64,000 nt of DNA from Phycisphaerae bacterium (GTDB taxonomy: Bacteria > Planctomycetota > Phycisphaerae > UBA1845), in the NCBI GenBank assembly GCA_963666835.2, contig CAXXGO010000006.1, positions 1,536,001 through 1,600,000 on the forward strand, given 5' to 3'. Position 1 is the first letter of the stretch; each line of letters opens with the position of its first letter. A program made the position numbers and the translations under genes. The notes beneath the pieces are model-generated. The model was not told where the DNA came from. It was given only the letters and a program-made list of their open reading frames with translations, and made no database searches. Shown piece after piece: positions 1 through 9,900 of this stretch.

Positions 1-1
1 G

Positions 2-64
2 ACGGTTGCCCGCCGGATCGAGCAGGTTCTGCCTCCCGAAGACGCAAGGGTCGCTGCTTCGTAG
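2..64 (+). CDS. 3' end of upstream CDS (partial), possibly GatE
   Basis: Open frame TVARRIEQVLPPEDARVAAS* ends at TAG 62-64, just upstream of gatD; identity inferred from context only. Confidence 0.3.
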   Translation, partial: TVARRIEQVLPPEDARVAAS

Positions 65-132
65 ATCAAAGGTGAGAGAGTCGATACGGATCACGGGACA
101 ATTGCGGTGGTCCATTTGCTCAGGAAGACAAC

Positions 133-1515
133 ATGAGTGACACAGCCCAGGGTTATCGCGGGATCGGAAAGGCCACGCTCGACAAGTACGACGTCTCCGT
201 TTGGAGCGATGTCGAGGTGAACACCGATAACGGCAGCTTCCGCGGCATTATCCTACCGCGCTCAGAGACGGCCGACGAAAAGCACATCGTCTTGAAACTC
301 ACCAGCGGCTATAACGTCGGCGTCGCGGCCGACTCGGTCACGAAAATCGTCCAGCACGGTCGGCGCGAAGCCCACTACAAGATCCCCGAGAAGGAGTTCC
401 CCTACGACGCGGCAAAACCGAACGTCACCCTTTTCGGCACCGGCGGCACCATCGCCAGCCGTTTGGACTACCGCACCGGAGCGGTGATTCCCGCATTCTC
501 TCCCGGTGAGTTGTACGGCTCGGTCCCCGAACTGGCGGACATCTGCAACCTCACCACCGAGAAGCTCTTCGGGGTCTTCAGCGAGAACATGGGTCCGCAG
601 CAGTACATCCGTCTCGCCGAGCGAATCAAGGAGGTCATCGAGCAGGGGGTCAGCGGTATTGTCATCGGGCACGGTACCGACACCATGCACCACACCGCGG
701 CCATCCTGAGCTTCATGGTGCAGGATTCACCCGTTCCCATAGTCATGGTCGGGTCTCAGCGTTCGTCCGACCGGCCCTCATCGGATGCGGCTATTAATCT
801 GATAAACGCGGTCAAGGCGGCCGCGACGAGCGACATCGCCGAGGTCAGCGTATGCATGTTCGGGCCTACTTCGGATCAGTACTGTCTTTTGCACCGCGGC
901 ACGCGCGTCCGCAAGATGCACTCCAGCTACCGATCGACTTTCCGAACGATTGGTGACATTCCTCTGGCAATGATCGATCCGGAGAAGATCGAACTTCTAC
1001 GAACGGACTACAAGCGTCGGCGGGATGATCGCAACGTGAAGATCAATACGGCCTTCGAAGAGAAGGTCACGATTCTCTACTACTACCCAAATATGATGCC
1101 CGACTTGGTCGATGCCATCGTCGACAAGGGCTACCGCGGTATTGTCATCGCTGGGACGGGCCTGGGCCACGTCAACCGTCCGCTCTATGCGGCGCTCGAG
1201 CGCGCCACTGCCAAGGGCGTACACATCTACATGACGGTTCAGACTTTGTGGGGTTACGTGCAGATGTACGTGTACGAAACCGGACGGGAGATTATGGGGC
1301 TGGGCGTGGTGCCGGCCGCCAATATGCTTCCGGAAGTCGCCTTCATGAAACTGTCCTGGGCGCTGGGGCAGTCCGATGACCGCGACGAGGTCCGCCGGAT
1401 CATGCTGACTCCGGTCTGCGACGAGATCACCGAGCGGGAGCCCTATAACGGCTACCTGATTTTTCAGGGCGAAATCCCCGAGGTGCAGGACTTCCTTCGC
1501 ACTATCAAACGCTGA
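133..1515 (+). CDS. gatD: Glu-tRNA(Gln) amidotransferase subunit D (archaeal-type GatD)
   Basis: GatD-type N-terminal domain (HIVLKLTSGYNVGV) plus asparaginase motifs GTGGTIASRLDYRTGAV, HGTDTM, GSQRSSDRPSSD, RKMHSSYR. Confidence 0.9.
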   Translation: MSDTAQGYRGIGKATLDKYDVSVWSDVEVNTDNGSFRGIILPRSETADEKHIVLKLTSGYNVGVAADSVTKIVQHGRREAHYKIPEKEFPYDAAKPNVTLFGTGGTIASRLDYRTGAVIPAFSPGELYGSVPELADICNLTTEKLFGVFSENMGPQQYIRLAERIKEVIEQGVSGIVIGHGTDTMHHTAAILSFMVQDSPVPIVMVGSQRSSDRPSSDAAINLINAVKAAATSDIAEVSVCMFGPTSDQYCLLHRGTRVRKMHSSYRSTFRTIGDIPLAMIDPEKIELLRTDYKRRRDDRNVKINTAFEEKVTILYYYPNMMPDLVDAIVDKGYRGIVIAGTGLGHVNRPLYAALERATAKGVHIYMTVQTLWGYVQMYVYETGREIMGLGVVPAANMLPEVAFMKLSWALGQSDDRDEVRRIMLTPVCDEITEREPYNGYLIFQGEIPEVQDFLRTIKR

Positions 1516-1968
1516 TTTCGTTCGGTGCGGCGGGAGGATCAACCGTCGCTACGCAGTCACGTTCACGATCGGGACGTTACTATCGGAAGAGCCCTCCGCG
1601 GAGTATTGCCCCGCGTCTAATGCGGAGGTGCCCCGGTCGTTTTGAGCGTGAGCGGAAAGCGTCATCGCTAAGCCCATAAAAATCGTTTCGTTCGAAATTC
1701 GCGTGAGCGCGCGCCTACGATTCTTCGTTTAGTTACCTTGAGGACTGCCGGCAGAAGGCTTTCCGTAAGTAGCATGAGGGGAGAGGGGTCGCGATTCCGC
1801 GGCCTCAGGTGCGCAACCGCCTGCCTGCAGACTGCCGTCCTTACGTAGCCCATAGCCCACGGGGTGAACTCCGGGGACTCCGTCTAAACACCTCGACCAG
1901 GTGTCGCGCGCGAGGTCTGCGCGCCGGGATCCCGGTCCATCTCCCCGGCAACCGAGCGAGGTGACACG

Positions 1969-2580
1969 ATGAACCGCAGAAACGTCAGAACGGCCCTGGG
2001 ATTGTTGACGACCGTCGCAGCTTTTGGAGCCCCCGCCCTATCGGCGCGGGCGGCAATCCCCGCCGCCCGAGACGTTTACTACTACGTCTACTCCATCCCC
2101 GAGGATCTTACGAGTGACATTGCTCTGTCTGTACGGCTGAGCCTCACCGCGGTCGAGGTGGAGGGTTCCGCGGTCGGATGGGAGATCACCTACGCCGAGT
2201 TTCGCGAACCGGGAACTACATCGGAGGACGACGTAGTCTGGTACGCGGAATACCCGGCGGTCGACACGGCCGACGGTCTGTGGTGGGTTGAACACGCCGA
2301 TCCGTCCGCCCCGGTGCTTGCCGAATTCGCCACACCGCCGCGCTTGGTGGGCACGGCCACCGCAGTCGATTCGCAATATGCCGACCTTGAATACGATCTG
2401 CAGGGCGCCGTTGCCGTGTCCGAGACGGAAACAGAGACGAAAAGCACCAAGACTGCGCTGACTTTCAATATCCACGCCGCCGACACCGGAGAGACGATGT
2501 ACACCGGCGTTGCGGAAACGGTCAGCACAGGCGAGGACGAGCCGCCTACGATGGCCGGTTCGGGGACGGAGGCGGACTAA
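1969..2580 (+). CDS. hypothetical secreted acidic protein
   Basis: GAGG RBS; signal-peptide-like N-terminus ending ARA-A; 203 aa. Confidence 0.7.
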   Translation: MNRRNVRTALGLLTTVAAFGAPALSARAAIPAARDVYYYVYSIPEDLTSDIALSVRLSLTAVEVEGSAVGWEITYAEFREPGTTSEDDVVWYAEYPAVDTADGLWWVEHADPSAPVLAEFATPPRLVGTATAVDSQYADLEYDLQGAVAVSETETETKSTKTALTFNIHAADTGETMYTGVAETVSTGEDEPPTMAGSGTEAD

Positions 2581-2634
2581 CTCGACAACGCGAGTGTGCC
2601 TGTCAACGAGTTGCCAGGCCCGCTACGTGTAACG

Positions 2635-4728
2635 TCAGTCCGTACGGTTGGAAAACTCGGCCTCGCGCCTAGCGAGATACTCCAATACGGCGCGGACATC
2701 GCGGAGCGTCGTCGACACATCCCGGCTGCGCGGAGCAGACTTGCCGGACTCGACAAGCCCAAGCACACGTCGCTCCGCCCGTTCCAGGAGGTCGCGCGCA
2801 AGCTCGTAGAGTTCGGGATCGTGCAAGAACAAATGCCCGATGGCTATCCTTGCCTCGGTCCTAGACAACTCTATCGTATAGTCGAGTGAATCCGGATCGG
2901 CCTGGTAGAGCATCTGCAGGATCTCGCGTGCAGCAGAGTAACATTGGATAGCCTCACCAAATGCCCGCGTTCCCTGGCGGCTCTCGCCATCTTGACCGAG
3001 CGCGACAGCTAGCTCGAAACTCAAGCTGGCATTATCAGGATCAGCGCCAAGCAACGCGCGACGAGTCGACACTACTTTCTGAAGGTCTCGCCGTGCGAAC
3101 TCCCACTCGTCACGAGCCATCGCCAACCGCGCGCGCGACGCGAGCGCGTCGGCTAGCGACCGCTGCCACTCGAGGTTCTCCGGCTCTCTCCGCACTAACT
3201 CCTCGGCCAAGGACATGAGACTCTGAAAATGCGGCTCGGCCTCATCCAGCTTCCCTTCTTCGAGCAGCAAGGTCCCGATACGGTGGTGCGCGCCAATGCG
3301 ATAGCGATCAACGACCGGGTCACCCGCAACGTCATCCCCGGCGAGTTCCAGGGCCTTCTCGAACATCGCCATGGCCTGTTCCAGACGACCCTCGTCGCGT
3401 TCTACTGCACCGAGTTTCAGATACGAGCCCATCTGGAGTCCCGCCTGGTAGATTCGCGCTTGGGTTTCAGCTCTCTGCCGTTGGGTTTCCGCTCTTTGCC
3501 ACAGAATCCCCATGCCCACCGCGGACCCGATCACCAGCAAGAGAAACGCGGCGGCAATCGCCACCTGCAAGCGAAAGCGGCGGATCGTTTTGCCGAGCAC
3601 GTAAAACGCATTCGCCGACTTCGCCTCCACGGCATCACCGGCCAGGTAGCGGCCGAGATCTTCCGCGAGCGCCGCAACCGACTGGTACCGGTCCCCCTTA
3701 TCCTTCTCCAGGGTCTTCAGGAGAATGGCTTCGAGATCGCCACTCATCTCCCGGCGGGTGAAGCCTCCGTCCAGACTCTCGTCGCTCAAGGCCTTCCGCG
3801 GTGGAATCGGCTCTCGGCCCACAATGTTGTTCTGCACGTCGAGCGGCGCCCCCTCCACCGGGTACGGGAAGCTGCCGGTGAGTATCTCGTATAGCACCAC
3901 TCCAAGGGAGTAGATGTCGGATCGAACATCCACATCGTCTACCGCGCCGCGGGCCTGCTCCGGGCTCAGATACGGTAGGGTGCCCACAACCTGCCCGGTC
4001 ATAGAGATGCTGGTGGATGAGCCGCTCCCGCCGGTCGGCGAGTAGTCCTTAGCCAAGCCGAAATCCAGAATGTGCGGTTCGCCGTCGTCATCCACCAGAA
4101 TATTCGAAGGCTTGAGATCACGATGGATGATCCCCCGCTGGTGGGCGAAACTGACCGCGCGGCAGATCGTGGCGAAAAGCTCCACCCGCGCCGTCCCACT
4201 CAACCCATGGAGCAGGATGTAATCGTCGATCGACATCCCGTCCACGTACTCCATCGCGAAGTACGGCCGACCGTTGACTATGCCGCTGTCGTAGACGGTG
4301 ACGATATTAGGATGCCGCAGCCGGGCGATCAGCTCGACCTCGCGGGAGAAGCGGTGCCTCTGTTGACCGGTGGCGAAGGGCCCGTCCAACAGAACCTTGA
4401 TTGCAACGGTTCGATTGGTGGAAAGCTGCATTGCCTTGAAGATGACGCCCTGCCCCCCGCGACGCACGCGCTCGATCACCTCATACCCGGCAAGACTCTC
4501 GCCCAGCAACATGGCATCGGTCGGTCCGTCGACATCGCCCGACTCCGGCTGCGCGGTGGCACACTCGGCGGCAACCTCGATCGCGCGCAGAGTGGCCAGC
4601 CGTCGACGCAACTCGGGCAGCAGGTGGCGATGTTGTCGCTCTACGTCTTCGAAGGAAACGTCTTCACCGGCCTGGCGACGACGGAGCACGTCCTCGACGA
4701 TGCGGTCAATCTCGGCGTTTCGATCCAT
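2635..4728 (-). CDS. Hanks-type Ser/Thr protein kinase with TM helix and TPR-like C-terminus
   Basis: [34 protein letters not shown]; start taken at MDRNAEID. Confidence 0.92.
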   Translation of the reverse strand: MDRNAEIDRIVEDVLRRRQAGEDVSFEDVERQHRHLLPELRRRLATLRAIEVAAECATAQPESGDVDGPTDAMLLGESLAGYEVIERVRRGGQGVIFKAMQLSTNRTVAIKVLLDGPFATGQQRHRFSREVELIARLRHPNIVTVYDSGIVNGRPYFAMEYVDGMSIDDYILLHGLSGTARVELFATICRAVSFAHQRGIIHRDLKPSNILVDDDGEPHILDFGLAKDYSPTGGSGSSTSISMTGQVVGTLPYLSPEQARGAVDDVDVRSDIYSLGVVLYEILTGSFPYPVEGAPLDVQNNIVGREPIPPRKALSDESLDGGFTRREMSGDLEAILLKTLEKDKGDRYQSVAALAEDLGRYLAGDAVEAKSANAFYVLGKTIRRFRLQVAIAAAFLLLVIGSAVGMGILWQRAETQRQRAETQARIYQAGLQMGSYLKLGAVERDEGRLEQAMAMFEKALELAGDDVAGDPVVDRYRIGAHHRIGTLLLEEGKLDEAEPHFQSLMSLAEELVRREPENLEWQRSLADALASRARLAMARDEWEFARRDLQKVVSTRRALLGADPDNASLSFELAVALGQDGESRQGTRAFGEAIQCYSAAREILQMLYQADPDSLDYTIELSRTEARIAIGHLFLHDPELYELARDLLERAERRVLGLVESGKSAPRSRDVSTTLRDVRAVLEYLARREAEFSNRTD

Positions 4729-4792
4729 GACGCTACGGCTCCCCGCGGGCCGAGCCCGGACGAGCGGTACCACCGGTCCATCGGCGGATTCC

Positions 4793-5422
4793 TCAATCGC
4801 CGGACACTTCCTCCAACGGAAGCGCATCGCTGAAGAACTTCTCCGCGGACCCGAGATGCGTACGCAATTCGCGCAGGCCGTGGAAGATCAGACTGTGAAC
4901 CGCCGGAACCGTCCGCTGCATCAGCCGGGCTATCTCGGAAAGAGGACGCCCCTCTATATGACGCATCCGCACCGCCCGGGCACGGTCCGCCGATACGTGG
5001 CCCAGTGCCGCGGTAACGGCAGCAGCGGCCTCCTTGGCGGAAGTTACCCGGCTGGGGGTCACCCCGGGCGCCGCCGCCCCGGCCACCAGGTCGATGATTG
5101 ACGAGTAAGGGTCACTCCCGCAACCCTGCACCGGAACCCCACCCCCGCGTTTGATCGCCAGGGCAATCCGGAGCGTATCCACCGTTTTGCGGTTGGCAAT
5201 CGTGGTCAGCCAATGTTCGAAATCCGCGTCTCGCCGCCCTCGGAAACCCCCGGCCGTGCGAAACGCCGCAATCCAGACATCTTGCAGAACGTCATCCGCA
5301 GAAACTACGCTTCGCAGCCCGCGCGGGATTTTACCGTCGATGTACTGACGCAAACGCTCCGCATGGGCAAGGAGCATCTTCTGCATGGCCGCCTGCTTGC
5401 CGGATTTTGCGGATAGGATCAT
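4793..5422 (-). CDS. ECF-family sigma-70 factor
   Basis: Region 2 (DDVLQDVWIAAF...FEHWLTTIANRK) and region 4 HTH (LSEIARLMQRTVPAV); lies directly upstream of the kinase; start uncertain. Confidence 0.88.
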   Translation of the reverse strand: MILSAKSGKQAAMQKMLLAHAERLRQYIDGKIPRGLRSVVSADDVLQDVWIAAFRTAGGFRGRRDADFEHWLTTIANRKTVDTLRIALAIKRGGGVPVQGCGSDPYSSIIDLVAGAAAPGVTPSRVTSAKEAAAAVTAALGHVSADRARAVRMRHIEGRPLSEIARLMQRTVPAVHSLIFHGLRELRTHLGSAEKFFSDALPLEEVSGD

Positions 5423-5628
5423 CAGTCTGCCCGGACGGATAACAGCCTTCGCGGGTTTTCCTAAAAAAAAACGCCCAATCTGGGGTTTTCCGTGAGCGCT
5501 TCGGCCACGGTTTTCGTTTAGGACTATGTTACCGGGTTTTCGGCCGCGCGCCAACATTTGAGGCACGTGGTGCTTCCCAATTGAGCCTCGCAAGGCCGAC
5601 ATGAAAGAGTGGAAATGGATTTACACCT

Positions 5629-6603
5629 ATGACACTTAATGACACAACAGAGAGACTTAACGCCCTGGCGAAGGAGGCATACGCGAGAATTCGGGCAACG
5701 GACTCGTTCCCCTCCCCGTCCGGCGTAGCCAAGAGGGTGTTGCAGCTCGTCAACGACGAGGAGGCTACTATCGAAGCCTTGGCGACGCTTCTCGAGACCG
5801 ACCCGGCAATCGCCGCGAGGATTCTGCGCTTTGCGAACTCCCCGATCGTCGGCGCGCCTCGGAAGATTGCATCAGTGTCCGGCGCGGTCAGGATGCTGGG
5901 GCTCCGGACCGTCAGGAGTCTGGTCCTGGGTATCTCGATGGTGTTTGCCCCGAAGCGGGTGCGGTGCGAGGGGTTCGCCTTCGATCCGTTTTGGTCAGAG
6001 TCCGTCGCCTGTGCCGCCGCCGCCCGACGGTTGGCCATCACGCAGGACGCTATCCCGCCGGACGACGCTTTCACCTGCGGCTTGCTCAGCCAGATAGGTC
6101 GATTGGCCTTTGCCACAACATATCGAACCGAGTATGCCAAGGTCCTCCGTCAGGCCTGCGGGGGCGGACCGGGGGCGCTAGCCGTGTTCGAGCGGGGGGC
6201 CTTCGAGATCGACCACACCAATCTTGCCGCGGAGATGATGAACGACTGGGGGATCCCGTCCGCGTATTGCGAAGCAGTTCGCCGTCAGGACAACCCGGAT
6301 GCCCCGGGATTGGAGCCCGAATCGCTTACGGTTCGGATGGCGCGGGTTCTCGGTTTGGCCGGTGCGGTTGCGGTCGTGCTGGTCGATCCCGCTCCGGATT
6401 TGCTCGCGCTTAATGCCATGATCGGCGATGCCGGGGCGCTGCGGATATCGCCGGACGATTTCCATGTTTTGTTCGATGCGGTCGGGTTGGAGTGGCGCGA
6501 GGCCGCGGCGATCTTCGGCGTGTCCGGTCGAAAGCAACCGCCCCTGGCGATCCTGTTCGAACGAGCCCGAGCGGCCTGGAGCGGCTCGTCGGGCACGGAG
6601 TGA
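5629..6603 (+). CDS. HDOD domain protein
   Basis: DPAIAARILRFANS, AVRMLG, FWSES, AFTCGLLSQIG, WGIP motifs. Confidence 0.9.
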   Translation: MTLNDTTERLNALAKEAYARIRATDSFPSPSGVAKRVLQLVNDEEATIEALATLLETDPAIAARILRFANSPIVGAPRKIASVSGAVRMLGLRTVRSLVLGISMVFAPKRVRCEGFAFDPFWSESVACAAAARRLAITQDAIPPDDAFTCGLLSQIGRLAFATTYRTEYAKVLRQACGGGPGALAVFERGAFEIDHTNLAAEMMNDWGIPSAYCEAVRRQDNPDAPGLEPESLTVRMARVLGLAGAVAVVLVDPAPDLLALNAMIGDAGALRISPDDFHVLFDAVGLEWREAAAIFGVSGRKQPPLAILFERARAAWSGSSGTE

Positions 6604-6617
6604 CACACGTCAAATGT

Positions 6618-6830
6618 GGCAGGTCTCGTTCCTCGACCGTGCCCTACCAGGGTCCGCTGTGCGGGCTAATCCAACTTGCATAACCTTGGCGTCACGCGTG
6701 TCATTGCGGCAGGTCTCGTTCCTCGACCGTGCCCTACCAGGGTCCGCTGTGCGGGCTAATCCAACTTGCATAACCTTGGCGTCACGCGGGTCATTGCGGC
6801 AGGTCTCGTTCCTCGACCGTGCCCTACCAG
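6618..6830 (-). repeat. three tandem REP half-units with 90-bp period
   Basis: GGCAGGTCTCGTTCCTCGACCGTGCCCTACCAG at 6618, 6708 and 6798 with near-identical linkers; same family as 22.7-25.5 kb. Confidence 0.9.
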
Positions 6831-6876
6831 GTACGGGGTCGGGCTCTGCCCGACGCGGCCGTGATCGCGGTCCACA

Positions 6877-6916
6877 AATAAAAGAGCCCCCCGCAACCTT
6901 TGGTTGCGGGGGGCTC
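6877..6916 (-). terminator. rho-independent terminator
   Basis: GAGCCCCCCGCAACC-ttt-GGTTGCGGGGGGCTC stem with A-tract on the left, downstream of the minus-strand gene. Confidence 0.8.
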
Positions 6917-6964
6917 CGTTAGGGTCACTTCATCGTCGAGGCCGGCTCGGCCTCGCGGTTGTTA

Positions 6965-9900
6965 TTACGGACACGTACTCGGCACGGTCTCGCCGGTCCA
7001 TCCATCGAACTCGTGAGCACCGTTGAACAGATCGATCAGCCGCAGAATATCCTCGGCGTTCGTCGCTCCGCTACGATTGATGTCGGTTTGCCACGTATCG
7101 CACGTTCCGGAGTTCAGACATCCGACCAACGCCGTGAGGTCCGCCGCGTTGACGACCTTGTTCCCGTCGACGTCGCCCGGCAGGAAGAAGAAGCTTCCGG
7201 TCTGCGACCCCCCAGCCATAGGCTGGTAGGTGATCTCGATCATCTCACCGGCCGGGACGGGGTCATTCAGCACGATTGCGTACGAACCGCCGAGGTCGAC
7301 GATGCTATCGATGCTGTTGGCACCGCCGCCGGTCTGGCAGATCGACCAGCAATCCGTTCCCAAGCTCGGGGCGGTGACCTCGAAGGTATCCCAACCCTGC
7401 GCCGTCGCTGCGTTCATGAGCGGATGCGGCTGACGGGCGTCGACCGCTCCGTCCGTCGGATCGACCCAGGTCACCACGCCGTCCCCACACTCACACGTGT
7501 CGGGAATGCCGTTCGTGTTGGTGTCGGGGCTGCAGTTGTGTGTGCAGAAGCCGTGTCCGGCGTTGCACGGGCTGTGAGTCACGCACACTTCCACGGACTC
7601 GCACGTTTGACCAGTGGGACAATCGCTACTGGTGGTGCAATACTTGCCGGTACCCGAGCAGGTCTTGCAATTGACGTCGTAGCTACACCTATGCCCCGTG
7701 CGGGTGTCGCCGCGCATGCACTCCTTACAGATCACCTCCGGATCGATCGTGATCTGACATTCGTCCGGAATGCCGTTGCCGTCACAGTCTTCCGACACGA
7801 TCCCGTCACCATCCGGATCGCTCGGATTAACGTCGCACTCGTCCGGGTTGCCGTTGAAGTTGCAGTCTTCAGAACGCCCGTCGGCGATATCGAAGAGGTC
7901 CGGCAGGAGGTTGTTGTTGCAGTCGTCCGGCACACAGGCGATCGTAAGGTCGCCCGCCGGCTCCGTGCCATACTCTCCACCGATGCGGATCTTACATATA
8001 TCACCGAGCATTACCGGTGCGACAACCGAAGAGGCCGGAGCGCAATCGCTGTCGCAGGTTGCCGGCTCACAGTCGTCATCCTTGATGCAGTGGACGGCCA
8101 CGGTCTCATTACCATCCACAGTCCATCCGCAGCTCGGCCAGTATGCTTCGCATTCGGCGCCGTAATCGCAATCGTCCTTTCCATTCGGGCAATAGGTAAC
8201 CGATCCTTCGGTGCAACGCATCTCGAAGACCGCGGTATCGCAACTCTCCGATTCGTTACCGTCACAGTAACCCGCCGTGCACTGTGCATCGGTAAAGCAG
8301 GCTCCACCCGAAACGCTGCACTCGGCCTGCAACCGCAGATCGCACGTAGACGAGCCCGGGCAATCATCGTCGCTGCTGCAGAGGATTCCCAAACCGGTAC
8401 AGCCGAGGACGCAATCGTCCGCGTCCTCGCACGCCTGGCCACCGATCGAGCACGTCTTGTTCAATTCAGACTCGTCATTCATGGCCGATGCGACGGCGTC
8501 AGGCGGGCAATTCTCCTCACCGAAGGGAGCGCAGTAAACCGCAAGCGTCGTGCCGGGATCCTCGTCCGCCGGCGTCAGGCCGCAAGTCCGCACATCCAGG
8601 TTCCCGATGCAGCTTGCGGCATGCTCGAACCAGATGTCGTTCATCATCGCCGGCATGTCGTCCTCGCCCGGACAGTCAAGATCCGCGTACTGGAGGCTGA
8701 ACGACGTTGTGCCTGCTGACACACTCTGTGCGAGTTCACACAGGCTGCCACTCGGCGGGAGCGACGAGTGCGGACAAGGCGACTCCACTTTTAAAACGAA
8801 CTCGCCTTTGGCATCCTCGCCGGCCAACGTGCTGCCTGCGAGGAGAATATAATAGGTTTTCCCATAGGAAAGACCGGTCACGCAGATGTCCGACATGGTT
8901 CCTTCGCTACCGCAGCCTGGGGTATCATCGTCGCACCCGATGATCTCCAAAGACTCGCACGCCGCCTGCGGACTCGAATCGTCCCCGGCCTCGTAAATCT
9001 GAAGCAGGGAATCCTGCTTGAATGAGGCCGTACTGCACGTGTTGATCCTGGCGCTGCTGTGAACGGCCGTGAACTTGTACCAGATATTGCCGACCCCCAG
9101 ATTGTCCAACCCGGCCTTATTGCAGCAGAAGCCCGGATCGTCCGCATAGGTCTTGGCGCCGCTGTTGTTCGCGACCGCCAATCCCTCGCAGGATTCCGAA
9201 ATCTGTGTACACGCTTCTTCGGTATCCTCATCCAGGATCTCGATTTCAACGGCGCCCACATCTTCATCCTCCGGATCCCAACAGACGTCGTTAAGTGGCG
9301 GATATAGGCACTCCAGATCGGCCATACTGTTCGCCCGGCTGGCGCACCCTCTATCCCATCCGCCGTCGAGCGCGTTGCAGCAATACGGGTCTATACCACA
9401 AACCGCGTTGCAGCAACGCAGGTTTCCGCAACCGGCCCGCATCAGGCAGCGAGGCAACTGACCCGGCGCCGTGTAGCACATTCGTCCATCCGGGCAATCG
9501 GAATCGCCGTTGGGGCAGAAGATGAAATCTGCCGGTCCGTCCATGCAGTCGCCCTCGGCATCGTAGCACTGGAAGATCATGCACTCATCGTCCGGATCCG
9601 TGCCACAGAACGTCCCGGGTGCCCAATGCCCGCGGCTCAGGTCGCATTCACCCGGCACCACATCACCCACGCACGTTCCCGCGGTTTCGCCCGGCTCATT
9701 GCAGTCTGCATCAGTCATACAATCCTGCTGTTCCTTGGAACCACCCACGCACTCTCCGAGAATGCCGCATGTGCGGGAACCCGGGCAGTCGTCGTCGGTT
9801 GTGCACAAGACGGGGTCGTAGTTCGGGGCTCGCAGAGCATGGCAATCATCGTATGTAAGATCGTTGCAGCTACCGTTCGGCATGCAACACTGGTGCGTTC

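Noticed and set aside
6618..6830. CRISPR-like array (33-bp repeat x3)
   Set aside because: The two linkers are near-identical, the repeat is a REP half found elsewhere, and no cas genes are present
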